DNA of 63,898 nucleotides, the filler included, from Phoronis australis (taxonomy: Eukaryota > Animalia > Phoronida): assembly GCA_002633005.1 (NCBI GenBank). It is 7 parts of 7 records of this genome, joined end to end, with 100 filler letters (N's around TTAATTAATTAA, not from the genome) between each part and the next. Parts side by side here need not be neighbours in the genome. Positions count along the whole stretch, not along the records: positions 1 to 22,682 come from NMRA01000820.1; 6 more parts are not named here. One strand, written 5' to 3'. The notes under the pieces are model-generated. The model was not told the DNA's origin. It made no database searches and worked only from the letters and a program-made list of their open reading frames with translations. This document shows, piece after piece, positions 1-13,000 of this stretch (the stretch's first letter is position 1; the number at the start of each line of letters is the position of its first letter). Position numbers and translations under genes: made by a program.

Positions 1-87
1 TCTCACGTACAGAGGAAGAACTGTCCCACTTGCCCGAGTGTCCCGCGACACACTCCCACTGGAGGGTGATCTGAGCACCCAAACTGC

Positions 88-743
88 TTACATCCCGCCG
101 TGTGACTCCCTCGCCACACACCTGGCACCTTCTAAATAGCTCCAATACAAGTCCACAATAAACTTATCAAACTTAGACTCACCGATCTGTGCATTGGATG
201 ACGAACTGTCCTCTTCACTGGGTGTCGAACTGGGCCTGTATTCACTCCCACTACTCAACATCGCTGCAGGGCTGCTTACAGGCTCTGGGCTAAAGACAAC
301 AGCACAGGGCGAATCACTGCTAGTTCCCGGAATTGCACGCAATGGGGGTACGTTCGGAGGCACGGGTGACAGTAGATGAAGTGCCTCCACTCACTGTATA
401 TAGTGGCCACAGCTCGCGAGGCTTCTCGCTTCAAAAACGCACTTCTCGGGGTTGGCGACGGGGTACTGCCGGGAATCAAAGACGGTATGGTACCCTTCTA
501 CAGGCGTTGTTTCGCAGGGACCTTCATCAATTTAGCGTACATATCTGACGGCAGAAAATGCTTGCCACACACTCGGTAACCCTCCACTGCTTCGTACGTT
601 GCGTGGACGGGTAGCGCTGCGTTCTTCACATGAACGAGCCAGCCAAGTACGGCGAAGTGTGTCATCCTTCGGAAAGCGACGCAAGGTACCCAAAGCGCGT
701 GTGAGACGATAATGAGTACAGGCAGGCAGCAACAGCGTGGCAT
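88..743 (-). pseudogene. Degenerate THAP zinc-finger ORF, probably the 5' part of a decayed DNA-transposon transposase
   Basis: THAP hallmarks are spread over two frames: MPRCC / LPACTH / RRFPKDDTLRRTWL / YRVCGKHFLPSD / QRL*KGTIP. Reconstruction needs two frameshifts and has an in-frame TAG at 498-500. Confidence 0.75.
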
Positions 744-3700
744 GTTGACTGACTTGTATGCAAAAGCAAACGACGACCGAACTTATCACAACCGAGGTAG
801 AACAATGACTGACTCGACAGCTCTCACACAGTCAGACTATAATGAAAAGAAATTGGCGCGAAACTCTTGCCTCCCAAAACGTCACTTCCGGAGTAGAGGA
901 CGGGAAATTAATCAAATTACGAAAAGCTGTAATTAAGTGAAAAATGTGTCTGGGATAATCAACGAACCTTATTTTTGCTAAAAGTGACATGAAAAAATAT
1001 AACCTTCGCCTTTAATACGCGGGGCAGACGACTTTAACAGCACGTTGGGAAGTGCGGCGACTACTATAGGAGGTTCTGGTATTCTCACAGTTCACTGTTT
1101 TTTTAATTTACATTAGCGTGGGCGGCCACAATCGATCGTCTGTTCTCTCAACAGCAGTGGAAAACTCGAATTCTCAGATAATGCACCGTGTTGACTGTGC
1201 ACTCTACTCCGACAACCATTCAAAAGGTGGAACAGAGGACGCAAATGCAACAGGTATTCTCTCGTTGATAATAATTTTCGCCATATTAAGCGACCTTAGC
1301 CACGGCGATCATCGGGGTTGTTCGGCTTTGGGAAGTTACTTCGGATTTAGGGCGCTCCCAATAAGGATCGAGTGTAGGACCTCTTCATGCAACAGTCCTT
1401 AAAGTCCTGGTCTCACACGTTGTTAACCCTTATTACATGGTTAGAGGATGTTATAAGGATCCAAGAAGTACCTACTCCATAACTAATATACGATCCGTTC
1501 TCGAAAAAAGTTTAAATGAACGCGCCACTCACGATTCGCAACCGAAGAACCTCGCCATTTTGAACTTGCCGCGAACCCGGAAGTACAGTTCATTCTTGAA
1601 CCCAGGCTAAGAAAACGCCGTCAGTGCGAATGGACGAGTGCCTGTTACCAGCCTGCAAACGGTAATAAAATAATGGACAGCGCGCCTTAATTTTAATAAA
1701 ATCAAAATACGGACGATTTTATCGAATTTGCTGAAGAAATATGGCGTGAATAAATTTTGACAGAAATTATTTTGCCGGACTCGGGACCGCAGCCTATTGG
1801 ACCTGGTGCGGATCGAGACAAGACGCTGCCCGATTAGGCCATAGTCCATCCGACTCTAGGATGCCTAGAAAATCACTTCCGTGGCCACTTTTTGGGGGCA
1901 AGATAATTTCGGTGATTTTAAGGTCATTAAGTAGTCTACTTTAAGAATCTAAAAGTTCCCAAGGTTTGAGAAATTTGACCCCAAAAATCTGACTTTTTGC
2001 AAAATTTGAAACAGAAAACTAATCTTCAAAAACGAACAACACTAGACAAAAACTGAATGATAATCTGATTGGGTTTTGTTCATTTGAAGTTATTGAACAA
2101 GGGAAGTGACTGGCGGAAAATTGCTCAAAATACTGAAAAAGTAAAATTTTAACAGCGCCTCCTGTTGGCCAGAAAATATACTACTGTATTCTGAACTCCT
2201 ACAAAAAGAACTATAATGTTAACCATTTGGAACTTGATAAAGATTTGACATCATAACGTACATGTGAACACCATACGTTTTCAATTCTTCTGCAACAAAT
2301 TTTCTGTCATCAATTTCATTAATTGTCATTATTAATTAACATTATCCCACATTGCAGTAATGTCACAGGGAACGACACACCGAGCAGTGTCAGTCATGAG
2401 CATGATAAAATGTTGTCCATATTTTCCATTAGGTTGAACATTTGAAGTTCTTTAACAACATAACACACACTTATTATGTTTCTTTATCCACTCCATCATC
2501 ATTTATATCATCATTATTGTCATCAAAAATTGTTTTTTGACTAAGAAACTGTGTTCACAAAGTCTGGACAGTCACACAACTTAGATCATGGCATGCCTGA
2601 CTCCAAACAAGAGCATATTTTTTACTACAACCACTTCTTTTACACTTGCCATTAACATTTTTCATGTCATTTTATGGGGCTAAAGGCAGAGTCATCCAGT
2701 GGAGCATCAGACTACCCCACTCCAGTCCAAAAGCCACTCATTAGCAACTGAAGATGGTGCTCTGGCATGCTGTTGCAAAGCTCGTTTGTGAATGGCACTC
2801 TGGTAGTTTGCTCTTTAGCATGTAGCAGCAAGCAGTCATGATGAGGAGACAGATCGCAGATTTCAACCTGAATATGTGGTAGCGTGCTTTACTAAGTGTT
2901 GATGACTCGCTGTACAGCTTGCATACAAACGGTTCAATGTCTTCAATGAGTTAACCAGGAAACACAAATTTTGAGCCCAGCTTTCTTTCGTGGCAAAGGC
3001 AAAGTTGAAAAAATATTTCTACAAGACTGCACCCTATCCAAAATAAAAAAGTTTTGACAATCTGAATACCGTTTCATCTAAACACCTTGTTACAGTAATC
3101 CTATTTAACTGAAATTGATAACCAAAATGCTCTTCCCTTTAGCACACAGTATGGACAAGAACTGAAATTTCATTTTGTCTAAGTGCTCAGCGAAAATAAG
3201 CATTGATTGCCCTGTGCAGTTGCCTTAAATCAATTTAAAACACAGAAACATTTTTATCATCCTTATTACAGTAGTTCAGCCTTTGAAAATAGGGGAATGG
3301 TCATGTTGGCAATAGTTTTTGTTTGAAATTGAAAAGCGTCTTCTTTACCGTAGAGCTAAAATTTCATTTGACGCTTCCTTTTTCAAGTAGCACATAATTG
3401 GAAGAGTAAAAATTTTCCTTTGCTAAAAACTCCAATTCAAGAATATTCAAAATATGAGATACTGAAATCTGCGCAACATTTGAATTTTCAAGATAAATAA
3501 ATTACAGAACACAGGCAGTATTTCCATTTTTATATTTCTGAAATTCCAAACACAGCTCATGATTTTACATAAAAGGATCTCAAAATAGGCTTAGAAGTTC
3601 ATAAAAAGCAGTGCTGATAGGTAAAAATTACTGCCAGTACATCTGAGATTGACACCATTCTGTGACCTAAACTAAAGATTATTTACCATAAATGACACCT

Positions 3701-4595
3701 TTTCAAATTAAGAATAGGTAGGCGTATTTACAATTGAATATTTGGAACTGGGATAGGTTTTCTTTTGTTTGTAAAGTTCCCTTGTGATGAAATTTGATTT
3801 GAGGCAAATGGTTCATTGTTGTGGAAGACACACACGGTATATTTCTTTGAGCACTGTTAAATGAACATGTAACTGACAGTGACAATCTCCTTAATTAAGA
3901 GGTCTTTCAATTTTTGTTACATCCGTTAAGTGTCTGTAACACTGCTTGTGATAGAAGCACACACGCACCAAGCCAAAAATGGGGGGCTCGAGTTTTTGAG
4001 AATGTGGACATTTATTAAGATTCACGGGGTACTTCAGAGCTACGAATTGTACGTTCGTCGAATTTTGGTAGCTCCTACCTTTTTAGTGAACTTTTGTCTC
4101 GTTTTCTACTTTTTTGGAGTTTTTGTTTCTTTGAGGCAAACCTTTTTACCCACGCACAGTGGTACCTAGCTGCATTTTGATGACAGTCTTCATACAGCTA
4201 GCTGGCTGGCTATAGAAGGGCACGAGCGCTGTGACTAATAATAATATCAGTAGGTCGTTAAAAACAACGGTAAGGGTGAGCCAGTTTGAAAAAAAATCAT
4301 TTCACCTTGTTCAGTTGATTGCAGAAAATAACCAGTTTGAAACCTCCCCAACCTTACGAGAAAACTAAACTGAACCCACTACAGCACTAGGCGTAATACT
4401 TATTAGAGGAAATCTACATGTATAGTTGAAATTTAATTCTTCAGGTCTATCCCGTTCATGCGTCACCATTTTGATCAACTATTTTTCCATGGTGTAACGA
4501 ATTTGAGAGGAATGCACAGGGGCACATTTCTCCCGTTCAGTAACGCAAGGACTTCGCTAAAAAGCAAAACTTTGAAATACTACCGTGTATTTTAA

Positions 4596-6169
4596 CTCAT
4601 TCTTCCCTGGTCCCACCATGTGGCGTAACTGTAAATGTTCAGGGCCTGATGCCGTCTGGAGTTGTTATCTAAACAATGTATCTCACAGGCGGATCACATC
4701 ATTAGTAGGGATAGAAGGCAGCAATTTATTAGTTTAAGTTTACATATATCTAGGGTATTCCCAGTTTTCTATCCAATGAGAATTGAGAGACCAGACTCTG
4801 TATTAACTTATTGTTTGTGAAGTTAATGCATATTGGCTGTTATTTCTGAACTTTAGAACCATTTCTTCACAATTCAAGGAAAAACCAGTAAGCATGCTAA
4901 CTTTGAATTGGATGTTGTAACTTCTGAAAAGTAATTAGAAATGTTCTTCCAAGTATGTTTTACAGAATTTGTTAAATGCACTACACTTTTCATTGTTCAC
5001 AGATCATTTTCTGCAATACCAAGCACGTAAAATCACCCGTCAAGAAATTGTGGAAAACACGTCAATTCACAACGTGGAGCAAGATGTGCTGCGTTTGAAA
5101 GTATTAGAGTCCCTTTTAATTGCTTTTGAGAAGCCTGTTTTGAATGAGCAGCAAACAGGGTCGCGCCGCACGTTACACTTGTTTGCGTGACTTTCCTGTT
5201 ACCCCAATTCATTAGTCATTCTTTGCAGTATTTCACACCCGCCGTGTCTCACTGTGTGTGTCGTCAGCTTATACTCTGTGGTGGCATTTTATCTTCACTT
5301 GAGAATGAAACAAGTATGCTTCGAAATATCGTGTGTCTTTTAAGTATGTCGCTAGGTCAGTTACTGTATCTATGTTCAGTCAGTAGAGTTATATTCCGAA
5401 AGTACGAACGTAACGGAATAAAGACTGTGAACAATGAAAAGTGTCGTGCATTTAACAAATTCTGTATAACCGAAAACTTGCTCCCGAAGTACAGTCAGTC
5501 CAAGTATGTTTGTTTGACTTTGAAGACTAGATTGAAGCTAATTGCTCTGAATTAGAGCCTAATTGGTATTACCTAACACCGCTGTCACCACTTAATCATC
5601 TGATAGGGTGCCCTTTGTTGGAACTGACCACGTACCATAACAAAATGTCCAGTTACTGGGAACATTCTACTCTGTCACTAGCACCGTGTTCACTTGAAAT
5701 ACTGCCTTGGTATTACACGGATATCATCTCTGCTGCTGTCACAGTTCTTGAAGTTTTTATTATGGAGGATAATGCTGATACTGATGACACTGGTCACATT
5801 TACATATAGACTTCAGTGATTGTGGATATGGAAGTGTGGATACTGATGGCACTGAGTCGGTGGTCACATTTAGATACAGATTTCAGTGATATAGATTATA
5901 ATGAGGATATGCCACACGGAAAACTTTCCTGACATGTTTTCTGGAAATTTAAATGGATTATTTGTAAATGAGCGTATTTGTTTCTGGAACACAAAAAAGT
6001 TAAACTGCTTTTCAACCCTTTATCAGTATTAAATTTTGGCAAAATTTATGTAAACACGAAGCACATTTAATCAAGATGTAAATGCCCTCCGACTTCAAGG
6101 GGTAGACATTTCACAACTCAGCCAGGCCACAAAGCTGTTCATACCATATAGTGCTCAGGGTCGAATGAG
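4596..6169. mobile_element. Non-autonomous TTAA-target (piggyBac-like) DNA transposon nested in a MITE
   Basis: TTAA at 4592-4595 and 6170-6173; TIRs CTCATTCttCCCTG / CAGGGtcGAATGAG; the joined flanks match the intact MITE at ~31896-32026. Confidence 0.75.
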
Positions 6170-6596
6170 TTAAATGAGAATACGTGACTTTGGCTAGATT
6201 TTAGCTAGGTCTCAGCGTTACTGAACGTAGCATGGTTACACCCACCAAATGAGCAAAAGCGGCAATTGATTATCACTAGTTACACTTAAATAAAATACTA
6301 TGTAAATAGTACCATATGGTAGAATCGTGAGGAAAGTTTTGTATCTAATAGTCAAATGCACCCTACAGGTTTTCATCCCATTTTGCACCTCGAAAAATGA
6401 AAGTCACATTTGTAGAGCAAAACCTAAATTTCTGTCGAAAGGTATACAATTACCAATTGGAGAATATAGTTTTGAGAGAATTTTCAACCTTAAATTTAAT
6501 CAAAAACCGTGAAGTTACGACTTGAATAAGATCTGTGAACCCTTAACAGCATTAAAAAGTGGTTAAAAGAAGACAGTACTTTGCAACAATTTCAAC

Positions 6597-6602
6597 TTTA
6601 TT
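6597..6602 (-). promoter_or_regulatory. Candidate polyadenylation signal of the LLTP gene
   Basis: TTTATT on the plus strand (AATAAA on minus), downstream of the predicted stop at 6995. Confidence 0.5.
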
Positions 6603-6994
6603 AATATGAAACATCTTTATAAACATTTTGCATTGTTTTACGTTTGATCACAACTGGCAGAGACTAAGTCAACACAAACACAGTTCCTACATCCCAGATG
6701 GAAACATTACATTCGGTGGTAAAAATGTGCTACGCAGATAGTAACAAAACTAACCAACGTATGTGTGCTCCGCTACATCAAAGTAACATGGAAAATCATA
6801 GAATCTGGACAACACAACACAAATTTTGAAGAAATAATCTAGTTCAGGTGATAGAATCTAAAACAATGTACTATCGCATATCTTGGACATATCAAACTGA
6901 ACACATTTAAATCTTACAGTTTTCAGTAAAAAAAGATTACACTACTAACATCTGTTTAGGGTCACTGCAGAAATAAAGCCAGACGTCAGACAGT

Positions 6995-7036
6995 CTAAGC
7001 CCTCGACTTCCTCGACTTCTTCTTCAGTTTGGCGTC
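6995..7036 (-). CDS. LLTP terminal coding exon
   Basis: ttttAG acceptor with pyrimidine tract; DAKLKKKSRKSRA then TAG; AATAAA about 390 nt downstream. Confidence 0.7.
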   Translation of the reverse strand, partial: DAKLKKKSRKSRA

Positions 7037-10000
7037 CTAAAATAAGAGATGAGGAAAAGATAATACATGGGGAGTTCATACTAGATGTACTAATTTAAAG
7101 TGCCATCCACACACAGACTTGCACCAGATTTAGTTACTCCTAGGTTAGGAGACTGTGTGAACGCTATCTAAACTACGTCAACTAACCCGACTTGTGACAA
7201 CTTACTCTACCTTATCGAGGTAGGGTAACTTGTTCTAGCATAACTTGCGTCACTTCTAATAGCTGTGTGGCCACAAACCTGGGGCAAGGCGGAAGTAATT
7301 ATCGGCTGTGGTTGCATACAGACGAGTTTTCATTTGGGCACCATACTCAGATTAGGTATTCATTGTGACGCACACAGCGACAACTTCAGCCCTGGTGTGT
7401 GTGAACGCTTGCACTAGTGCTAGTTGTTCTTGCGGGGTAGGCTGTTTGTGGACAGGGCCTAATAGTAGTTACTTTTGATACCAATGTTGCTTCAGTCACG
7501 TGAGCACTGTCTGAGAATAGCGCGGGACACCTCCGGTATCAACACGATTAAATCCAAATTTTTCCTCAGAAGCCACCACAGTAGTAGGGTAATTCTTCAC
7601 TTTTATAGCACACAATATGGCTGTCAAATGTGATTCTATTTTGTAAATATTTTCCAAAAAAATCCAGACAAAAAAACTTGTCTGGCATGGTTTGTATTGT
7701 AAAGAGGTCGAAAACAGTGTTTCATAAAGATTTGATTGTTTGCAGCAAGCTTATGGGATCTGAACAAATGATAATTTTGTGTGAAATAAGTGGAGAATTC
7801 CTGTTACATACAGTATATTTAAAATATAACACATTGGATCAGGATTACATGGAAAATGGTTGAAACAGCATGTTTAATGTCTTATGAATCATCACAATAA
7901 TTTGGTTAGATATTTAAATCACATAAGTCGTTGGAACAATTGGTATTAAGTGACATTCATTTGTAAGATAGGTCAACTTTTACTTACTGAACTCGCACGG
8001 GGCTTAGATTTGCTCTCATCTCCAATTTCTTCAATTTTGCTCCTCATGATTTTCTAAACAATAGAGAATGACATGATAAAGTTTCATAAAAAAACAGATA
8101 AACTGTATTAACTATTTCAGCAAACACAAATAACTTCAAAAACTGATGGAACACACTAACAGTAGACATTGAGGTTCATAACTTGAGAAGTAAAAGCAGT
8201 CCATCAAGTGACAAACTCTGGAAAGAAGTGATGTGTATGGTTCAAACTTCCTTTTGGCAACTGTTTGGTCAAATGCTCAGAATCAGGCTTTTGGACAATC
8301 TTCAAGAGCATAAGTCACACACTAAACCATGCACACATGAAGCATATCTTACAAACACTTGACAAGTATTCTTTCTTTCAAAAGTTAGCTGAAGACGAAT
8401 GCCATCCACTTACAGAGAAATAGTCCGTGAAGCTGGGCATCTCGCAACTGCGGCAGATGGACTTTCCAACACCGAGGTCATCGGCAACACACTGACAGAT
8501 CTGGCATTCAGCGGGTTTGGCTGTGAGGGCGACGCGCTTGGCAAAGACGGAAATCATCTTCTTTAGGATGTTGCTGCGTAAATTGGTGATCACCTTGAGA
8601 TTGAACACAGAGCCGTTGGTCTCATGAGCCAGTGCCACACACAGGTCCTTAGGTACACTGATGTGCTTACGGAGGCTGGACTCGCCACTAAACTTCTTGT
8701 AGTCCTTGTTGGTGTAGACTTTGTTGGCATCAATACCTGCAATATAGAAAGAGTAAAAAGATAAATAACACAGGTTTAACTAGGAGTAGGAATCGAGCGA
8801 GGCCAAATAAACTTCGTAGTAAGGTTTCCAACTACCTGTCATGGTGTGCCTTGAAATATAACACAAGATTTTTTCTTGTTTAAATAAATAGGAGACGTGC
8901 TTTATAATTGACAAATATAATAAAAATTACAAGACAATGACCAACAACAAAGTGCTTATTTCAAAGTTTCTCAAATGTGAAACTGACCATAGTTGTTGAT
9001 GCTCTTCTTGCCCTTGATGGTGAAGTCATGCTCAGCGATCACGTGCAGTTGGATGAGGTTCTCAATGAGCAGCTGTTGGATCTCACTGTAGGTGACGGAG
9101 GCCTCTTCACAGGCAGAGCACGGCAATGTCACGATTACCTTGGCGACACCAGCACGGAATGGGTACATGCTGGCCATGCGGATGGCGCGGATCACGTCAT
9201 CGTTGGAGCCACTGCTGCTGATCTCCAGTGTGTTGACACCCATCTTGAACAGACGTAATTTGTTGAACAGCTGACCGTCCATGGTGTGACTCTGTTCAAA
9301 GTCGTGCACTCCCTCACCACCGAAGCCAACCAGACCAAAACGATTGTTCTGCATGCCTGCAAAAACACCACACCTTGTTACTGAATATGATCAATAGACC
9401 TTTCAAGGAAGAAATAGACATATTTGACTTTGCCTTCTTCATATTATTGTCAATAAAACTCCTAATGGTTTTTGAATAAGCATGATGTCATGTATCAATT
9501 TCTATTGGGAGACTAGTCAGTTTAAAATGAAAGCTGTGTTGAGGTACAAAAATAATTAGTCACATTTACAATGGCAACAACAACAATCTCCAATGACACA
9601 ACAAATAAAACCCACTTTGATTCTTCAGTGAAGCATCAATGTTCTTGACGATGTCCTGCAGTCTCTTGATGGTCTTTTTGTTACAAGACTTCTCTTCAAC
9701 GACAAGAACAACATCGGCCGACTTGGGTGGCTTGATGGCATCCTTGGAGATGGTGAAGTCTTCGCCCTCGATTACAAACTTCTTCTTCTTGTCACCAGTC
9801 TCACACTTGACGCAGTGGCGTGGCTGACGGACATTCACATCGTAAATCGAACACTCCTTGATGTAGTTAGCGGCAACATTACATGCCAGTGTCTCGTCAT
9901 CAGAGTTTTTCTTGGATGAAGACAGATCGTTGTAACACATGTTGTAGTACTTGGATGGGTCGACCACCTTGAAGCATGAGCGGAGCGACGATGACTCTTC

Positions 10001-13000
10001 CTCAAAGAGCGCAGAGCATGTGGCATGGGTCTTGCCACTTCTGATGGGTGTATCAATGTTGGCATTATTGCGGTGTCCACGACAACGGACCGACCAGCTC
10101 CTGGTGAATTCCAGTGTGTCCTCAGCCTGACGGTTTTGCAATGTGGTGAAGTCATTGCTGGGCTCATTGTCATAAGTGCCAAACAGACCAGCTGTCTTGC
10201 CGTAGTACCAACCAGTCATGTTGACAGTGCAGACATCGTGAACATTGTCACATGTGACCGTCACGCCATTGGTGTTGTGTACACGGATGGCATTGCCAAT
10301 GCGCATGATAATGGTGTTTCCAAACTGTACTGGCATGTCAATCTTCTTGCCATTGAGGCGGACCTGTAAGATTGAATTTCATAAAGGATTGTCTCTGAAA
10401 GCTCTATAGAATAAAAATTAAGTGTTTCTTACTTTGCAAACACAATTTTAGACAAAAATTCCAGCAGAGAGAAAGGGAACTGTGTTGAGATTGCATGCAG
10501 CACCGATAACCATTGTTTGGGTGGTTCCTTTTATTTTGGTCATTAATACAGTAAGTGAGCATTCCAAATTACAAGTGATAGTGCTATTAACCAAATTCCT
10601 CGATTGGAAAGATTCATCACCACTAAAGTTGATTTATTCCATTCTGAAGTTTACAATTTCAACTTGACCTAATTAGCACAGCATGTGTCTTAAATTCATG
10701 GTTCAATTTCATGTCACATCACTGAAGAAACCACTTTAGATAACAATCACATTTTTTAGAAGGTTACACACAGCCAAAATGGACCCAATGCACTGGTCAA
10801 ATACCATTAAAAGACACTCACAGTGAAGTCTGGCAGCAGCTGTACTTCCTTGTCATTGGTGAGAATGACCAGGGACTTGCCTTTCTTGGCGTGGTAGTTC
10901 ACCAAGATAGTGAAGTTGCCATCAATGAAGTCATGAGCCAGAATATAGCTGCATGTTCCCTTAAACTCATAGTGTCGGTGATCAAAGGTGGCGATGTGCT
11001 GTCCAGCAATGGTGGCGTGAGCTGTTGATGAAACGACAAAACCACATTAACCGAAGAAGAAATCACGGTGTATAAGGTAACCATTATGAAAAGCTATAGA
11101 ATTTTAAATTCTGGTAAACTAAATCAGCAATTCTAACTTACATGGCTGAAATGGAATTCAGACAACAGCTAGAAAAGCAACTAATGAATTTTGCCGATGT
11201 CAAAAACATCAAATAGGTAAGCAAACAATACAAAAGATCTACCATACATGAACGTGATCATGATTAACTTACCCTTGAATGGTGGAATCCAGTTCATATA
11301 GTCTCTGGTTGGCTTGTACAGGTAGAAGTAGTCCATGATGGTGTTGTAGTCCAGGTACATCGTGTTCACGCTGGGCAGTCTCAGTGTCTTCTGCAGCTTC
11401 TTCAGTTCAATGACTAGCTTTTCATACTTGGGCATGGTGACAAATGACTCCCAGGCAACGGGCAAACCAACTTCCAGTTGGATCTCGCCCTGTTTGGGGT
11501 TCCAGACAGTGAAGCGGGTGTCGTCAAAGCGAAGGTACTCCTTCGCCACGTACCTGGCTGTATCCACAGCATAGTCTTGAGCCTCTTTGAAAAGGCTCAT
11601 ACCGATGTCCTTGGCATGCCTCTCAATCTCGTAGTTCTGATAAGCCCACTTACCCTGAGGGAATAAAACCACCAGAAACATACAGTAACAGTTCATGCCA
11701 CAATGAAAGTTCACTTTGCAAGAAGATTAAGGCAGATGCTTTCATAGAACTGCAACCATTAACCTAAGCCTGCGTGGTTTTAAGTATGATGAAAGCTGTG
11801 AAATTTTGGAAACACTGCCTTTAAGAACTGAATTCAGCCATGGTGGTAAAGGTCATTTTGTAAGAAAAGACATTAGCTTACGTGTTCGACAGCGATGTTG
11901 GCATATTTCTTCAGAGCCTGGATCTCTGACCTCTGCAGGAAGTCCTGGATCTGGCCACTTAGTTTGTCATGGGCACCATAGATGGCGCTAGTGTATTGCT
12001 GGGCCTTTTGGCTGACATAGTCCTGTGCGTCGTTGTAGTAGCCACTGTAGTCAATCTCTGGCATCTCTGGCAGATACTGTGCATAGTCATGGTTCAGGAT
12101 GGCATCGTACTTCTCCAGGATCTGTTCAACCTTAGCCATGACCCTCTGGTAGTAAGCCGTGGAGCGCAGCTTGGTCATCATCTCCTCGTACTTGGCATTG
12201 GCCTTCTCCATCAGCTCGCCAAATTTCTCTGACGCGATGTTGTAGTATTCCATGTACTTGATGACATAGGGCTCAAGAGCAGCAGATGCCTTGAGCATGG
12301 CTTCTTCCATCATCAGAGCAGTCTTCTCCTTCAGCACCTTAAAGTAACAACAGAAACAGGCCATGAAAGCAAACCTGGACAACACTAGATGGAAGGGTGG
12401 CAGCTGTGTTTTGAACAAGTTGGATAAAAAAACATGCTAGGGTTATTAATCTTGAGTAGTCATTAAATCACAACCAGAATTATCTTCAGAACATTCTATG
12501 CACTGCAACAAGTAACATTCCTATTTAAACTGGATAAAATTTCTTATTGTAAAGAGGAATTTAAACACTTGATACAATATCCCAATGCAACCATATTCTG
12601 CTTAGCTGCCATCAGTTCATGGGTGGCATGCACCAAAAATAAAACTACTAAAGGAATAGTTAATCACTGTCCAGCAAACTTACTCCCATGGCTTCGGTGA
12701 CTTGTTCCTTCAGTTCAGTGTACATGGCCTCATACTGGGCGAGCACATTCTCCAACTTGGCTGCCATGTCCTGCTGGTATTTTTGCCAGTTGACTTGCAG
12801 ATCGACGACATACTCTTGAATGCGCTGTTGCATCTGCCCCATGAACTTGTCAAGATCCATTCTGAAAATATAGGAATACAATTTTATGACAAAGTAGACA
12901 CTCACATGCATGACAAATCAAAAGACATTGAAAGTTTCAGAAAATAAATCTAGGAAATATACACATCTAAAAAACATGCACCCAACATACTTAATGTTAT

